A stretch of 64,000 nt of DNA from Batkoa obscura (lineage: Eukaryota). The notes under the pieces were generated by a model. The model worked only from the letters and a program-made list of their open reading frames with translations, was not told the DNA's origin and searched no databases. The position numbers and the translations under genes are program-made. The stretch covers positions 1,860,001-1,924,000 of the forward strand of contig JASVEC010000001.1 in assembly GCA_030770535.1 (NCBI GenBank), given 5' to 3'. Shown here piece by piece: positions 13,876 through 30,517 of this stretch (the first letter of the stretch is position 1; each line of letters begins with the position of its first letter).

Positions 13876-14733
13876 TTACTTACGAACTCTAATAGTTTCT
13901 TCAAAATTATCAAATGCAACACTAGATACTTTATCAAGTTCATCTTGGATCTGTTCCACACCTTCCACTTCTGGAATATAATGCATCAACATATTTTGAA
14001 TACCATGTTTTAAAGTAACCTCTGAGCTTTCGCAAGTTCTACAAGCACCTCTTAACTTTAGTTTAACGATACCATTTCCAAACCCGAGGTATTCAATATC
14101 ACCACCATCTTCTTGAATTGAGGGTCTAATTCTAGTTTCTAATAACTCTTTAATCATTTGAACTACTTCATCATCTTCAGGGTCAATTTTAGTATCTTGG
14201 GCAACTTCATGCTCTTCATACATCATTGGTTGTTCAACAGAAAAGAAATCCATTAACGTAGCAAAGATTTCTGGTTTTAAATTGGGCCAGTTAGCGTCAG
14301 CATTTTTATTAACAGTTACAAAATCGGGACCGAAAAAAATGGATTGAATCCCATCAATTAAAAACAATTTTTTAGCTAATGGGGAACTCATACCTTCTCT
14401 TGCATTCGTGAATTCTGCACTCTTATTGTTACCCATTACTTCCCTACCAGGTACAAATTTTATAGAGTCTGGGTTGGGCGTATTCTCTGTTTGGATAAAC
14501 ATGGTTCTTGCTTTTGTGGTTGTTAGTTCCGTTACATTAAGCTCATATTAAGTAGTATTACCTCCTATCTTTATAAATGTTTGATTATTAATCAACCCAT
14601 TTAAATTTTTGTTGCTTCTTAATTTACCGAAAGTAACATAAGATAAATTCTTCTTTGTATTGAATTGTATACATTTAGTCATTAAATGTTGATTATTTAG
14701 TATTAATTTTAATTGATTTTTAAACATCATCAT
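13876..14733 (-). CDS. NFU1: Mitochondrial Fe-S scaffold Nfu1
   Basis: Presequence exon, intron ~14512-14561, then MFIQTENTPNPDSIKF...IRPSIQEDGGDI...LRGACRTC (CxxC). Confidence 0.96.
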
Positions 14734-14912
14734 TTCTTTTTTTTTCTAATATAAAGTTATAAAATAAAATGTGCTTTCTTGCATTCAAACTATTTAATTT
14801 TATCTAAATTCCAGCTTTTTTGATCTCTCTATCCAATCATTTCTATTCTTACTCTTTACTTAGATTAAATAGATAATCTATTATTAATCGATTTTAAAAT
14901 ATTAATAATATT

Positions 14913-15189
14913 GAAGATGTTTTTTTACCAATTGTCCATTTCTGTTACTTTTTTTAAAATTTAGGAATTAATCACCAGCACAGCTGTTCAAACTTAGATG
15001 TGTGCTGGCTGATTGTTTACTTTATAATAAAAAATTAAGCATCAAGCGACAAACTAGCATAACAATACAAATATTTAATTATAAAATTTATCACTAGTGA
15101 GTGTATACTCGAACTTAGACAACTGAATTGATTAATAAATTTCTAAATTTAAAAGTAGCGAAAATGGATAATTGGTAAAAAACATTCCC
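14913..15189. mobile_element. Degenerate non-autonomous TIR element (~277 bp) with termini related to MITE family A
   Basis: Left end GAAGATGTTTTTTTACCAATTGTCCATTTCTGTTACTTTT matches the reverse complement of the right end GGGAATGTTTTTTACCAATTATCCATTTTCGCTACTTTT over ~60 bp; TSD not clean. Confidence 0.6.
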
Positions 15190-15289
15190 GTATCTAATTA
15201 AAAAATCTTCAAGATCAAGATAAAGGATAAACTAAACTAAAATATGCTTTATATTTATTAAGAAAAAATAAAGTAAGATAAAGATTATA

Positions 15290-16850
15290 ACTTACTAGTT
15301 TAATGTTTTGGTTTATTGAAACTTCTTTCTGGTCTATTTTCAGAAGATATTGTTCTATCACTAGTATTATTCTGGTTATTTTCTGACAATATATTTATAT
15401 TATTGATGTTATCTTAATTATTTTCAGATGATATACTTGTACAAATATTATTAGCTTGACTATTTTTAGGAGGTATAGTCAATTTTTTAGGATTATTTTG
15501 TAGCACTATAGTGTTAGTAAAAAGAGACTTCTTCTTAGCATCAATCAATTCACAATAATATTGACTAATAACATTAGAAAGTAAAAGAAGTTTGTTAATT
15601 GGCAAAAGTTCAATCAAGCTATAAATTATAGCTTTTAACTTTTGTTTAGCTTCTTTAATAGAATGTTTGAATTTAAAATCCTTAGAATTTAATTGTAATA
15701 AACCTTGAATCCTTTATATCTTTCTTTTGCAAATAGTTTAATAATGTGACTTGATTGTTTGGATCTTTAATAAGTTGCACTACTCTATTAAATGGGTTTG
15801 TAATAATAGGTGGATGATTATGATTACAATTTTTGACATTTACTCTAAACATTGTATTCCCAAGAAATTTACGACCAATGGAAATCCTATATGGACAGAA
15901 TAAATGACTTGGGTTCTTTTTGTTTAACCATGGTTTTCGAAAAAACTTACATAATAAGGGTTGTTAACTGATTATATTATCTCTTCTTCGTTCGCTTTTA
16001 CCTTTTATTAATAGATCTCCTTCATTTATTGCCAAAAATATGATACGGCTTACGCTTTCCGTTAAATCTGCAAATTTTAACTTACTTGAATAATCCTCAT
16101 TGGTTGTTATATGTTCATTTTGATTATTATTAGCTCCAACTACTAAATTATTATTTTCTTCCAATTGTTTATTGTTTATTGTTTATTAATGTCTGTTGTA
16201 TCAGTTCCTTGTGGTTAATTATTAATATAGGTTGCATTAGTTTTCTGAAATTACTTATTGTTATTTGTTGTGCTGTTAACTTATATCTGAATATTAATTC
16301 AGACGCATTGATTTGTTACTCATTTATAACCGATACATTTGCATTTATATTATCCTCCATTTCTTTATTTTTATCAAGAAAAGAGGGATAGTTATGTGTA
16401 CAATTATTAACTTTAACTTTGAAAATATTTTGCCTGCTGGTTCTACGACCAATAGGAATCGAATAAAGATAAGGTATAAAATTACTAGTATCTATCCCAT
16501 TTCTTTGAGAAACTCGATAATATTTATATTATATTTGTTTATAATTATAAACATCATCTTTGGTTCGTTTATTTTTGGTTTTGATTAATAAATAGTCTTC
16601 ACTTAGTCCTAATGAAACGACATGATTTACTCCATCTGCTAAATCTGTAAACTCTAAGCTATTTAAATATGCTTCTTTGGTGGTTAAAGTTGGGATTAAT
16701 TAATTATTTGTTATTACTTCCAAGTTATAGACTCCTTGTGATTGATTATTGGATTTTCTTCGATTATTTTGTTCATCTTGTGCACTTAGTATGTTATTTT
16801 CATCACTAGCATTCCCTCTATAAAATTCTCTGTTATTTGATATTTTATAA
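15290..16850 (-). pseudogene. Pseudogene with two tandem FAR1/AFT-like (WRKY-GCM1 fold) domains
   Basis: Long frame with in-frame stops and frameshifts; domain at ~15808-16107 has C..CPYRISI...HNHPP; a second, ungapped-alignable copy at ~16385-16683. Confidence 0.65.
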
Positions 16851-17909
16851 TATTAATTTTTATTAGTAAATATTTTGTAAATAAATATAAAATAACTAAA
16901 TTTTTTGATTATAGTCCCCATTTGTATTAAACTCCCCCTGAATTTTTACCCAGTTTTTCTTGACCAAAAAAGGGCATAATTAGAGAAGTATGGTAGTAAC
17001 TATTCATGTGTTTAGTCTAAAAGCTCGATTCAAATTTTGTCTAATTTTGATTTTAAATAAAATTACAAAATTAAACATCAAGCACTAAAAAATAGTTGCT
17101 TTTTTGCTTAGTTTTAAAATTACATTAGAATGTTTTTTATCTGGCATTTGACTAATAATTTCTTTAATTTATGCTATATAAAAAATGGACAAAAAAATGA
17201 GATGAAAAATTTTAAACTTTAATCAACTTATCCATATCAATTTGACAAGTTATATAAGGATCAAGAATTTATATTACCAAATAAGGTAAAAACGGAGCTA
17301 TATCTTTTGTTTAAATACAGTCCAAATTAGATATACTTGCCTAACAGCAATGAGCCTAATCAAACCCCTTCTCTTTCAGTCAAGGAAGTTAAGAAAGTTC
17401 ACCACATTCATAATATGGCGGGAAACCACTTGAGAATACTGTATACTGTTGGATATTGTATAGTGGGAATGTTCTAGCTCCCAATTGACTGAGCTATCTG
17501 AGCTGGCTACCGTTCTTGTTATTTTTTTATTGTTTTAAATTTTTTGTAAAGTTGATATTTTAAAAATAAAAGATTATTCATTTTGACTATAGGTTTATTT
17601 AATAAAATCTTAATAGTATTATTTTGATTATTTTTTAGTATATTGATTCATGTTTCTGTAAATATATTGACCGAATTTTAATATAATAAAGTATTAATTA
17701 TGAACTAATATTTATGGATATATCAACTATAATTTAAATAACCTTACTTCCTATATTATATTAATATAAATTTTATATCCCAGTTTTAAAGCTAACTATC
17801 TTAAACAACAATAATTATAAAGAATCAATAGTAAACATAAATAAAGCACAAAGTATAACATATTATTCTATAAAAACTTTATTACCTATATTTTTTTATC
17901 AAGGACACT

Positions 17910-18868
17910 TTAAAATGTCTCATTCAAAAATTGAATAAAAAGGTTAGGTATTCTTTCCAATTCAATGACGGATTTTTGTTTTTTATAGAAGGTCACAAAC
18001 TCCCTCTTTTGTTTTTTCATTTCAATAATACTTAAAAATTTACCCTTTTTATTCAATGGAGTATCAACATTTGGCAAAAAAAGTATTGAATCTTTATTTT
18101 CATTTTGCATTGATAATATCTGTTGAATTAATTCAGTAACTAATTTATCTACTTCATATAAATGATTGGTGGTAGTTATTGGTTGTATCACCGTAGCTTG
18201 AGTGGGTTTTAACGATTTTTCATGGATGATGGAATGGTAAATTTGTGAAAATATTTCTTCATAAGAATCATCCGTAGGTATAATTAAAAATAAGGGCGAG
18301 TCCCAGCGGTTAAATGCTATTGGCTCTTCATATCGATTAATAAGTTCAGTTATCCTAAATAATAAAATAAAATGGTTTAATTACTTGAATTTAATTGAAT
18401 ATTTTAAATACTTACACTTGTTCACTATATTTATCCTCTCTGATTTCATTCCATTCCATAGCTATTTGTGGTTGTAATCCAAACTGTACCTAAAATCAAA
18501 AATAATTATCTCATTCTAATCCATTAATTTAAACTCAAACTTACCACACAATGATTGGTAGCATTAGCTCTAGCCACACAATACAATTGATATCTAAATC
18601 CTTTAATATAATTATTACTATCCAATATTAATATGGTGTCTTTATTAACCAATCTTTCTGCACATGCTAATAACGCTCCACGTAATTTCTTTTCTTCATA
18701 TTGAGTAGCGTAACTGGACTTAAAAAAACCAAGCTTTTCATCATTATATAGTTCTACTTTATGGGTTAAGGATTCGGATTTGAGTTTATTTTCAATGTAC
18801 GTTTTAAGTTGGGCAGCGATTGTACTCTTTCCACTACTGGGTAATCCACATAATGTTATCAATGGCAT
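17910..18868 (-). CDS. KTI12: Elongator-associated protein Kti12
   Basis: MPLITLCGLPSSGKS, DSNNYIKGFRYQLYC, RYEEPIAFNRWDSPLF; two introns. Confidence 0.95.
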
Positions 18869-19371
18869 TGTGAAAGTTATCTATTGTCTATTTTTTGGAA
18901 AATTATTTAAATGTGGTTAAATTTAAATTTTTGAACTATTCGCAAATTTAAACTTTTAAGCAAGAACTCTGCAAAACTGTTCAATATCTTTGGTTTTTTT
19001 AAACATGACTTAATCAATATTTAATACTTTATCCATCATTTATGCTATTATAAATTTGAAGTATTTTTTACTATTAGACCATTATTTGTATAATAGAAAA
19101 TATAAACAATAATGCTTTTATAAAATAAAAAAGAAAATTATTGCTTACAGAAGTGATTTCTATTTTAAAATGATTTAATAAAGGTTTTATTAAATGAAAT
19201 TTATAAACAAATTATTTTTCAATAAATTTTATTAGTATTATTGTAATTATATATCCTTACCAACTTTATGTATTTTTGGTAATTATGTTTATTTATGCAA
19301 AATCTCATAAACATCAAGGTTGTTATAACTGAAGCAAAGGAGATAAACAAAATATTTACTAAGTCTTATGT

Positions 19372-19459
19372 GGGATGTCTTTTTGGTTACTTTTATCTAT
19401 CCTTTTTTTATACACTGAAAAAGTTGGACAATTTATTAGTAAAAATTAGATGACATCTT
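19372..19459 (-). mobile_element. Old degenerate MITE family A copy
   Basis: GGGATGTCTTTTTGGTTAC...GTTGGACAATTTATTAGTAAAAATT...ACATC follows the family consensus with many substitutions. Confidence 0.4.
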
Positions 19460-20214
19460 TTTTGTCAAAAGTAACAAAATTAATTGAAAAAGATAAAAGG
19501 AATTTAAGTCCTAGCTTTTATTAAACTTAGTTATATAACATCAGATCAATAATCTATTTTTATATAGTGTCACTAGATAATAATAAAATAAATCAACTGA
19601 TATGTATATCTGCCAACGATTTCAATAATTTGTTTTCATAATGATATAAAATTTACAAGGAAAGCTCCAAACTATAATCAACTCTATTTAAAATATCAAA
19701 AGTTTTAAAAAGAGTTTAGATAGTCTTAAAATTAATCTAAATATAGAAAATATCAAACTATTTAAATCTAGTAATATTTGGCATAAATTGAGTGCTTTAT
19801 TATTTTAATATGCACTGAGAAGTATTTTCTTTTTAAAAAAAACTCTTTTGGAAAAACTCTGTCGGAGATTAGAACCTCCTTAATTGATTGTAAACGAATA
19901 GCATGGAGTTTGGTATGGAAGACCTATTTTTCTAATTTTATTGACATGACACTCTTGACAATTTGACAGAGCTATTTGGAATATTGTTTGATTTAATAAA
20001 TATTTTATTCAATTTATTCATATTTTATATACTTAATATCTAAATTGATTATGTGCAAGTAATAGCTGACACTATTTAATAAATTTTCTCATTAAAGCTA
20101 GACATAATAATTAAAAAATACAAATAATTTGAACTCAAAAAATACTTTTTTTATAAACTTATATTTTTATTAATCTTAAAAAATAAAAAAATCCTACAAT
20201 GACCTTATGTATTT

Positions 20215-21453
20215 TTAATTTTTAAGTTTAGATTTGAGGTCTTCGATTTCCTTAACTGAGTCCTTACGGAACTTAGCATATTCAGAAGCCGTTTCAACTA
20301 ATCTTTTACGGTTCTTATCATTATCTTCCAATAATTTACTATGCTGTTCAAATAATTGTTTATTTTCAGCTGTTAAAGCTTCCAATTGAGATTGGAGTTC
20401 CTCACATTTTTGATTTTCTTGTTTAATCTCTTTATTTTCTTCTCTTAATTTATTTACTTCAGTTTCAAGATCTTCAATTTGAAGCTTGTAATTTGAGGCT
20501 TGTCCATTCTTTTTAGTCATATCCGCCATCTCTTCTTTTAACTTGTTATTAGAAAGGCGTGTACTATCTATTGTAGTCGTAAGTTCATGGATCTTATCAG
20601 TGGCACGATCCGAGATCTCTTCCGCTTTAACCTTTTCTTCCTTGAACTTTTGTTTTTCTTGTTCAATGGTAGTAATAGTTGCTTTTAACTCTTCAATTTC
20701 TTTTTGGTACTTTTCAAGTTGAGCTTGTTGTTCACTTTGTTGTTTTTTAATACTTTCATTTTCTTCTTTAATACTTCCGTTTTCAGTTTCTAAACTTTCT
20801 ACTTTGGTTCTAAACTCTCCCATACTTTCTTCATGCTTTTCACGTAATTTAACCATGGTAATTTCATTCTGTGCTTTACCACCTTCGGCTTCTTGTAATT
20901 CAAGTTTAAGTTGTTCAATAGTAGCAGAATCACTAGAAGATTGTTTACCATCGGTTTCATTTTTCTTACGTTCTTCTTCAAGTTCTTTGATAGCATCAGT
21001 TAACTTTTGTTTATATTCTTTAAGCTCTTCATCAATTTTTTGTGTATCAATACCATTAACTTGACTTTTTTTAATTTCTTGTTTTAATTGATTGATTTCC
21101 TCTTCTAACTTATTTTTTTCTTCAGCAGTGAACTGAATTACCTCTTTTTGTAAATCTTCATTATTACCGTTTAAAAACTTACTTTCTTCTTCCTTTTTTT
21201 TCATTTCTTTTTCATATTTTTCTAAGGTTGCCTTAGCTTGCTCATATTCCTTCTCTATCAATTCCTTTCTCTTTAAGTTCTCCTTTAACTTTTTTAACTC
21301 TTCTTGGGCTTCTTCAGCTAAAGCTTGACGCTGAATACTTTGGGCACCTACACTATTCTTTTTAGCATAAGAGCTACTAGTTAAATAATAAACAAGTGGG
21401 GCAGTGATGGCTGAAGCGATAGCAGCAGTGGTAATATATTTTGAATTATCCAT
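20215..21453 (-). CDS. 412-aa coiled-coil protein with N-terminal hydrophobic anchor, function unknown
   Basis: Uninterrupted E/K/Q-rich ORF; N-terminal YITTAAIASAITAPLVYYLTS; GT-AG intron immediately upstream of the ATG. Confidence 0.8.
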   Translation of the reverse strand: MDNSKYITTAAIASAITAPLVYYLTSSSYAKKNSVGAQSIQRQALAEEAQEELKKLKENLKRKELIEKEYEQAKATLEKYEKEMKKKEEESKFLNGNNEDLQKEVIQFTAEEKNKLEEEINQLKQEIKKSQVNGIDTQKIDEELKEYKQKLTDAIKELEEERKKNETDGKQSSSDSATIEQLKLELQEAEGGKAQNEITMVKLREKHEESMGEFRTKVESLETENGSIKEENESIKKQQSEQQAQLEKYQKEIEELKATITTIEQEKQKFKEEKVKAEEISDRATDKIHELTTTIDSTRLSNNKLKEEMADMTKKNGQASNYKLQIEDLETEVNKLREENKEIKQENQKCEELQSQLEALTAENKQLFEQHSKLLEDNDKNRKRLVETASEYAKFRKDSVKEIEDLKSKLKN

Positions 21454-22193
21454 CTTTTAATTAAATGAGTTAATTCAACCGTTATATAAAATTATTTTAA
21501 TTACCTCTTGATACAAATTCTACTCTACTTTATTCAAATTACAATCTTTGAAGAAATGATGACTAATTTTCAAACTTTTTTATTATCTATTTTTAGCTAT
21601 CATTTTGATTTGATTTGTTCAATTTCAATGACGTCAAAAGGTGTAATTCTTATTGGTTCTTCGTTTTATGGGATCATTTCTATGTAATTACTCGGTCTGA
21701 TTCTCAATAAATGTTGTATTTGTTAGCGACCATTTTGTTTCTTATTAACTGTCGTTTTTTTCGCACTTTAGCAGAAAAGTACTAAATTTCGTAAAGTTAA
21801 ATCAAATGATCATAGATACTATTAAACATTAAAAAATGTGCAAAAAAATATATAATTTATAAAAAAGCAAATATTAAAACTATAAGCAGTATATATAATA
21901 AACATGTTCATTGTTAAAAAATATTATATTGTGCAATTAAAAACTTTTTTGCTTGTGGTCTTACTTTTATGCAGAATCAACTATATATTTGGTTCCTGTA
22001 GCAGTTTTCATCATTATAGTATTATACCCTTCTCCATCGGAAAAAAAGATATATTATTTCCTAGGTCAGAATATAAAAGTGATCCATTCAAGCTTTCCAT
22101 AAATACTACATTATTATCCCCTTTTGTAACAGTTATTTTGATTTTTTTATGTTGCTTTTTAAATATTATTTTATTACCATCTTTAAACTATAT

Positions 22194-22288
22194 GGATGTT
22201 TTTTGTTTAAGAATTTTACTAACAGTCTTTCCGCTGAAATAGCGCTTAAAAGATGGAAAAAGTGATGAAATAAAAAAAAAACACCCCC
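22194..22288 (+). mobile_element. MITE family A copy
   Basis: Family consensus, slightly shortened left end; flanks ATAT/GTAT. Confidence 0.8.
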
Positions 22289-22616
22289 GTATGTTAAAAA
22301 ATTACTATCAGTTGAAAGCTGAACAATATTATTGTTATTATCTTTTGTTAGTATTAAATAAAATAAATTGTCAAAACTAAAATTATTTCATTTATTTACT
22401 GGTCATTATAGCCATTAAGTAACTTTATAAATTCACAATTTTAATTAAATTCATCTGTTTTTAAATTTGTTAAAAATATAGTTTGTTCTCAACCTTGACA
22501 CTTTACAATATATTAATAAAACAAGTTATTAATTTAAGTAAATTAAAATTATTATTTAATTAGTTTTTTTAAAATAAAATGATTTAAAATTTTAGTTATT
22601 ATATTAGTAAGATATT

Positions 22617-22715
22617 GGGGATGTATTTTTTTGTTTAAGAATTTTACTAACAATCTTTCCACTCAAATAGCGCTTAAAAAATGTAAAAAATAATGAAACC
22701 AAAAAAAACACCCCC
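22617..22715 (+). mobile_element. MITE family A copy
   Basis: GGGGATGTATTTTT...AAAACACCCCC; flanks TATT/ATAT. Confidence 0.85.
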
Positions 22716-23697
22716 ATATGAAAAATCTTTATAATTTTATAAATATTAAAAAATTCACATCCTTTTATAGTTGCATTATAAAGTTTGAATAGCTTTAAAA
22801 AAATTAAAAAGGTTTTAAGTTAATTTGCTAACTAAATTTAAAAATTATCAAATATAATAGTAGCAATAAATCCAGGATTATTATTTTTAATATAGCATTC
22901 ATAATTATTTTAATTATTATTATTTCAATTATTTATTTTATTGTTTTAATGATTAATATACCAGCTTTACAATATTTGTTAGTTTTTTTAAATTTTTTTA
23001 CTGACTTTAACTTAATAATACTTGTAATTTATTTAATTTTATCTGCTTTAACATAGCAGTAAGTAATAAAATATAAAACTTTAGTATATTTGCTATATTT
23101 TGCAATATATATATTTAAAAAGTGTTAAATAATAAAACGGGTTTTTTTTAATAACTTTTGATATTCTATTTTTTTATTTTTATTTAAAATTTAAAATTAC
23201 AATTTATTAAAAAAATTTTAAGATTAAAAATTTTAAAAAAATGTAATAAATATTAGGACTAAATTATAAATACTTCGTCTAATAAACAATATTGCTTTAA
23301 TTGAGGAGAGACTATACTACTAAACTTTGTCTGAGAAAGTTATAAAAAACGATAAAATAAGTACACATGCCAAATTTTAAATACTGTTATATAATGAAAA
23401 AAGCCTAGTTTCAAAAAAATAAAAATTTATGATAGTATTTAGAACCAGACCGAGTAGTAGATAGTGACTCCCATAAAATAAGCCACTTAACAGTTGTTGA
23501 ATTTGAACTACTAATTTGGTTTTAATTGCTACAATTGAAATAATCGATAGTAAAACAACAAAGTTCTTATTTAAACCAAAATAGAAATAATGTAATAAAA
23601 TAAATATAATGATTAACTTTATTAATATAGTTTAAAATAGAAAAAAACTTTAAATAAAGATAAGGAAAAAGGATATCAAAAAAGTAATAACTTTTTT

Positions 23698-24844
23698 TTA
23701 TAAAAAATACTTTTCCCAACCATTAGTTGGTGATTTAGCTTCTGGCCATCCTAAAGGTAAAGAATTACCTTTTTTATTGTAGGTCAAATATTTATCCCAT
23801 TTAGTTCTATTTTATATTTGTTAATTTATAACTATAAATTTATTAAAATTTTACCTTATTTTAATTAATGATCGAATGTCTTTATTACTTGATTTATAAT
23901 ACTCTGTACACAACGTATTATAATCTATTCGTTTTTCAGCATTATCATCGGGATTGATTCTATCTGATTTAGTAGTGGTATCCTCCTCAACTTCATCTTT
24001 GTTATAATTTGTTAAATTCTCGGCTTCATTTTTAATTTTATTAAAAAATCCATTATCATCTTCGCTATTATTTTCAGTGTATTGCCCTAGCTTTATTAGC
24101 TTTTGCTTTCTTAGTTTTTTAATTTGATTTAATTGACTTAACATCTTTTTTAACTCTGCTACTTTAGCTTGTTTCTGGTTAACCTTTCTTAGTTCAAGAG
24201 TTTGATTCCTATGTTCTTCCAATTGCTTTGTCATCATTTAATAAAATCAAGGAAAATAGGATAAAATTACTTTTTTTTCAACTTCTTGTTTTTGTTTCCA
24301 ATTTAATTGCCAAGCATCTATCTTTTTTTCTTTTTCAATTTGAGCTTCTTTTTCTTTTTCTTTTTTGTTTTGTTTCCAACGCTTTTTATTTATTTAGATT
24401 AATATTAAATAAATCAAAATTAACACAAAGTTACCTTTTTTCTTTCCAATTTATTAATTTTGTGAAAATATTTGGTTTTAAAACTAGTAAACTCATCAAT
24501 TTTAAATTGAAACTCCTAAATTGTTAACTAGATCAAACCTTTAACTATTAAATAAATAAAAGTTTAATTACCTTTCTTAGTTGGTCTCCATTACCAAACT
24601 CAAAATTAGTATTATTTTTTAATGTTAAATACGTTTCATATTTTCTTCTTGAAGTTAATAAATCAATCAACTTAGTTTTAAGTACTTGTAACTTATTTTG
24701 TGGCTGTGGTTTGGTTATAACAGTAGTATGATTTATTGTATTATTTTGATTTTGATTATTAACAGCATTTTCATTTACACTTCTCGTTATAAAATTGAGT
24801 TGATTTTGCTTATATGGATTAAAAGTGGAATGCATTTTAAACAA
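23698..24844 (-). CDS. PDCD7: U11/U12 snRNP 59K protein (PDCD7 family), multi-exon
   Basis: C-terminus YYKSSNKDIRSLIKIR|TKWDKYLTYNKKGNSLPLGWPEAKSPTNGW matches the PDCD7 pattern YY...LIxIRxxWDxYL...GNxxPxGW...P...W; also KIDAWQ and IKKLRK segments. Confidence 0.8.
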
Positions 24845-24903
24845 AGAATAAAAAAATATGAAAATGAATTAAATTCTTATCATTTTATCATTTTGAAAAA
24901 AAA

Positions 24904-29447
<4,544 letters not shown>

Positions 29448-29508
29448 TTTAATTTAAAATAAAACTAAATAATTATTGTTATTATATTTTATATTTTATA
29501 TTTTACAT

Positions 29509-29605
29509 GGGAGTGTTTTTTTGGCTTCATCATTTTTTCATTTTTTAAGCGCTATTTGAGCGGAAAATTTGTTAGTAAAATTCTTAAACATAAAAACACA
29601 TCCTC
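29509..29605 (-). mobile_element. MITE family A copy
   Basis: Family consensus between convergent 3' ends; flanks ACAT/CTAT. Confidence 0.85.
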
Positions 29606-29622
29606 CTATTTTATTTTATATT

Positions 29623-30218
29623 TTATTTTTCATCTTCTGAATCCGTTGATTCATAATTGATTAATTTTGGTAATTCAATAACAATATCTTCGACATTACC
29701 TAAAAATAAATAAATTAATATTTTCTAAATAAATTTTATTTAAATAAAACAATATTTAACTTTACCATCAATAATTCTAGCTAAAAATACTTGTTCATTA
29801 TCTAAAATATTATAATAATTCCAAGTTTTATCTTCTTGTAATAACAACCATTCTACTTGTTCTGTACCATCATTTTCTTGTTTTTTATAAAGATTAAATT
29901 CCCATTCAATTTCTTTATCCCCCTCATTTCCATTCTCAATATCATTATTATCCTCTAACGATATTTCTTCTGAACGTTGTAAACGTTGATCTTTTTCAAT
30001 ACTAAATTTTAACATTGTATTTAAATGTAATTTACTATTTAATATAGTCTCCGATACATTGGTTAAGAGATAATAAATCTTTTTTTTATAATGGACTTTC
30101 AATGTGATATTACCTTGACCAAGGGAACCTATATTCTATTATTACAAAAAATAAAATTAATATTCTATATTTTATAATAATTTAAAAATATAAAAAAATC
30201 TACTTGTTGATCATTCAT
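29623..30218 (-). CDS. Hypothetical small acidic protein (possibly ubiquitin-like fold), three exons
   Basis: MNDQQ|NIGSLGQGNITLKVHYKKKIYYL...DKTWNYYNILDNEQVFLAR...|...EDEK*, canonical introns. Confidence 0.55.
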
Positions 30219-30418
30219 TTGAGTTGTATTGTATTTGAATTAATATTAAAAATTGTAAAATAATAATAAGTTGATTAAAAAAAATTCAACTAAGTTTCAA
30301 ATTCAACTTGAATTTTATTTGATGGTTTTGATTTAACAAAATTAAATTTATTGCAAATAACTTGCCTTTTTTATTGGTTTAAAAAAAACTGATATCATGA
30401 AAAAATATCTTAAGATAT

Positions 30419-30517
30419 GGGGGTGTTTTTTTTGGTTTCATTACTTTTTCCATTTTTTGAGCGCTATTTGAGCGGAAAAATTGTTAGTAAAATTCTTAAA
30501 CAAAAAAATACATCCCC
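30419..30517 (-). mobile_element. MITE family A copy
   Basis: GGGGGTGTTTTT...ATACATCCCC; ATAT TSD on both sides. Confidence 0.9.

Noticed and set aside
17230..17530. snRNA or SRP RNA (ATACTTGCCT, GGGAAACC, terminal T-run)
   Set aside because: No U1 stem-loops or SRP helix-8 motif; more likely a decayed ORF that I cannot identify
19854..19973. tRNA-Sec-like or 5S-like RNA (9-bp terminal stem, T-arm-like hairpin on minus)
   Set aside because: No D-arm, no TCA anticodon arm and no 5S internal motifs
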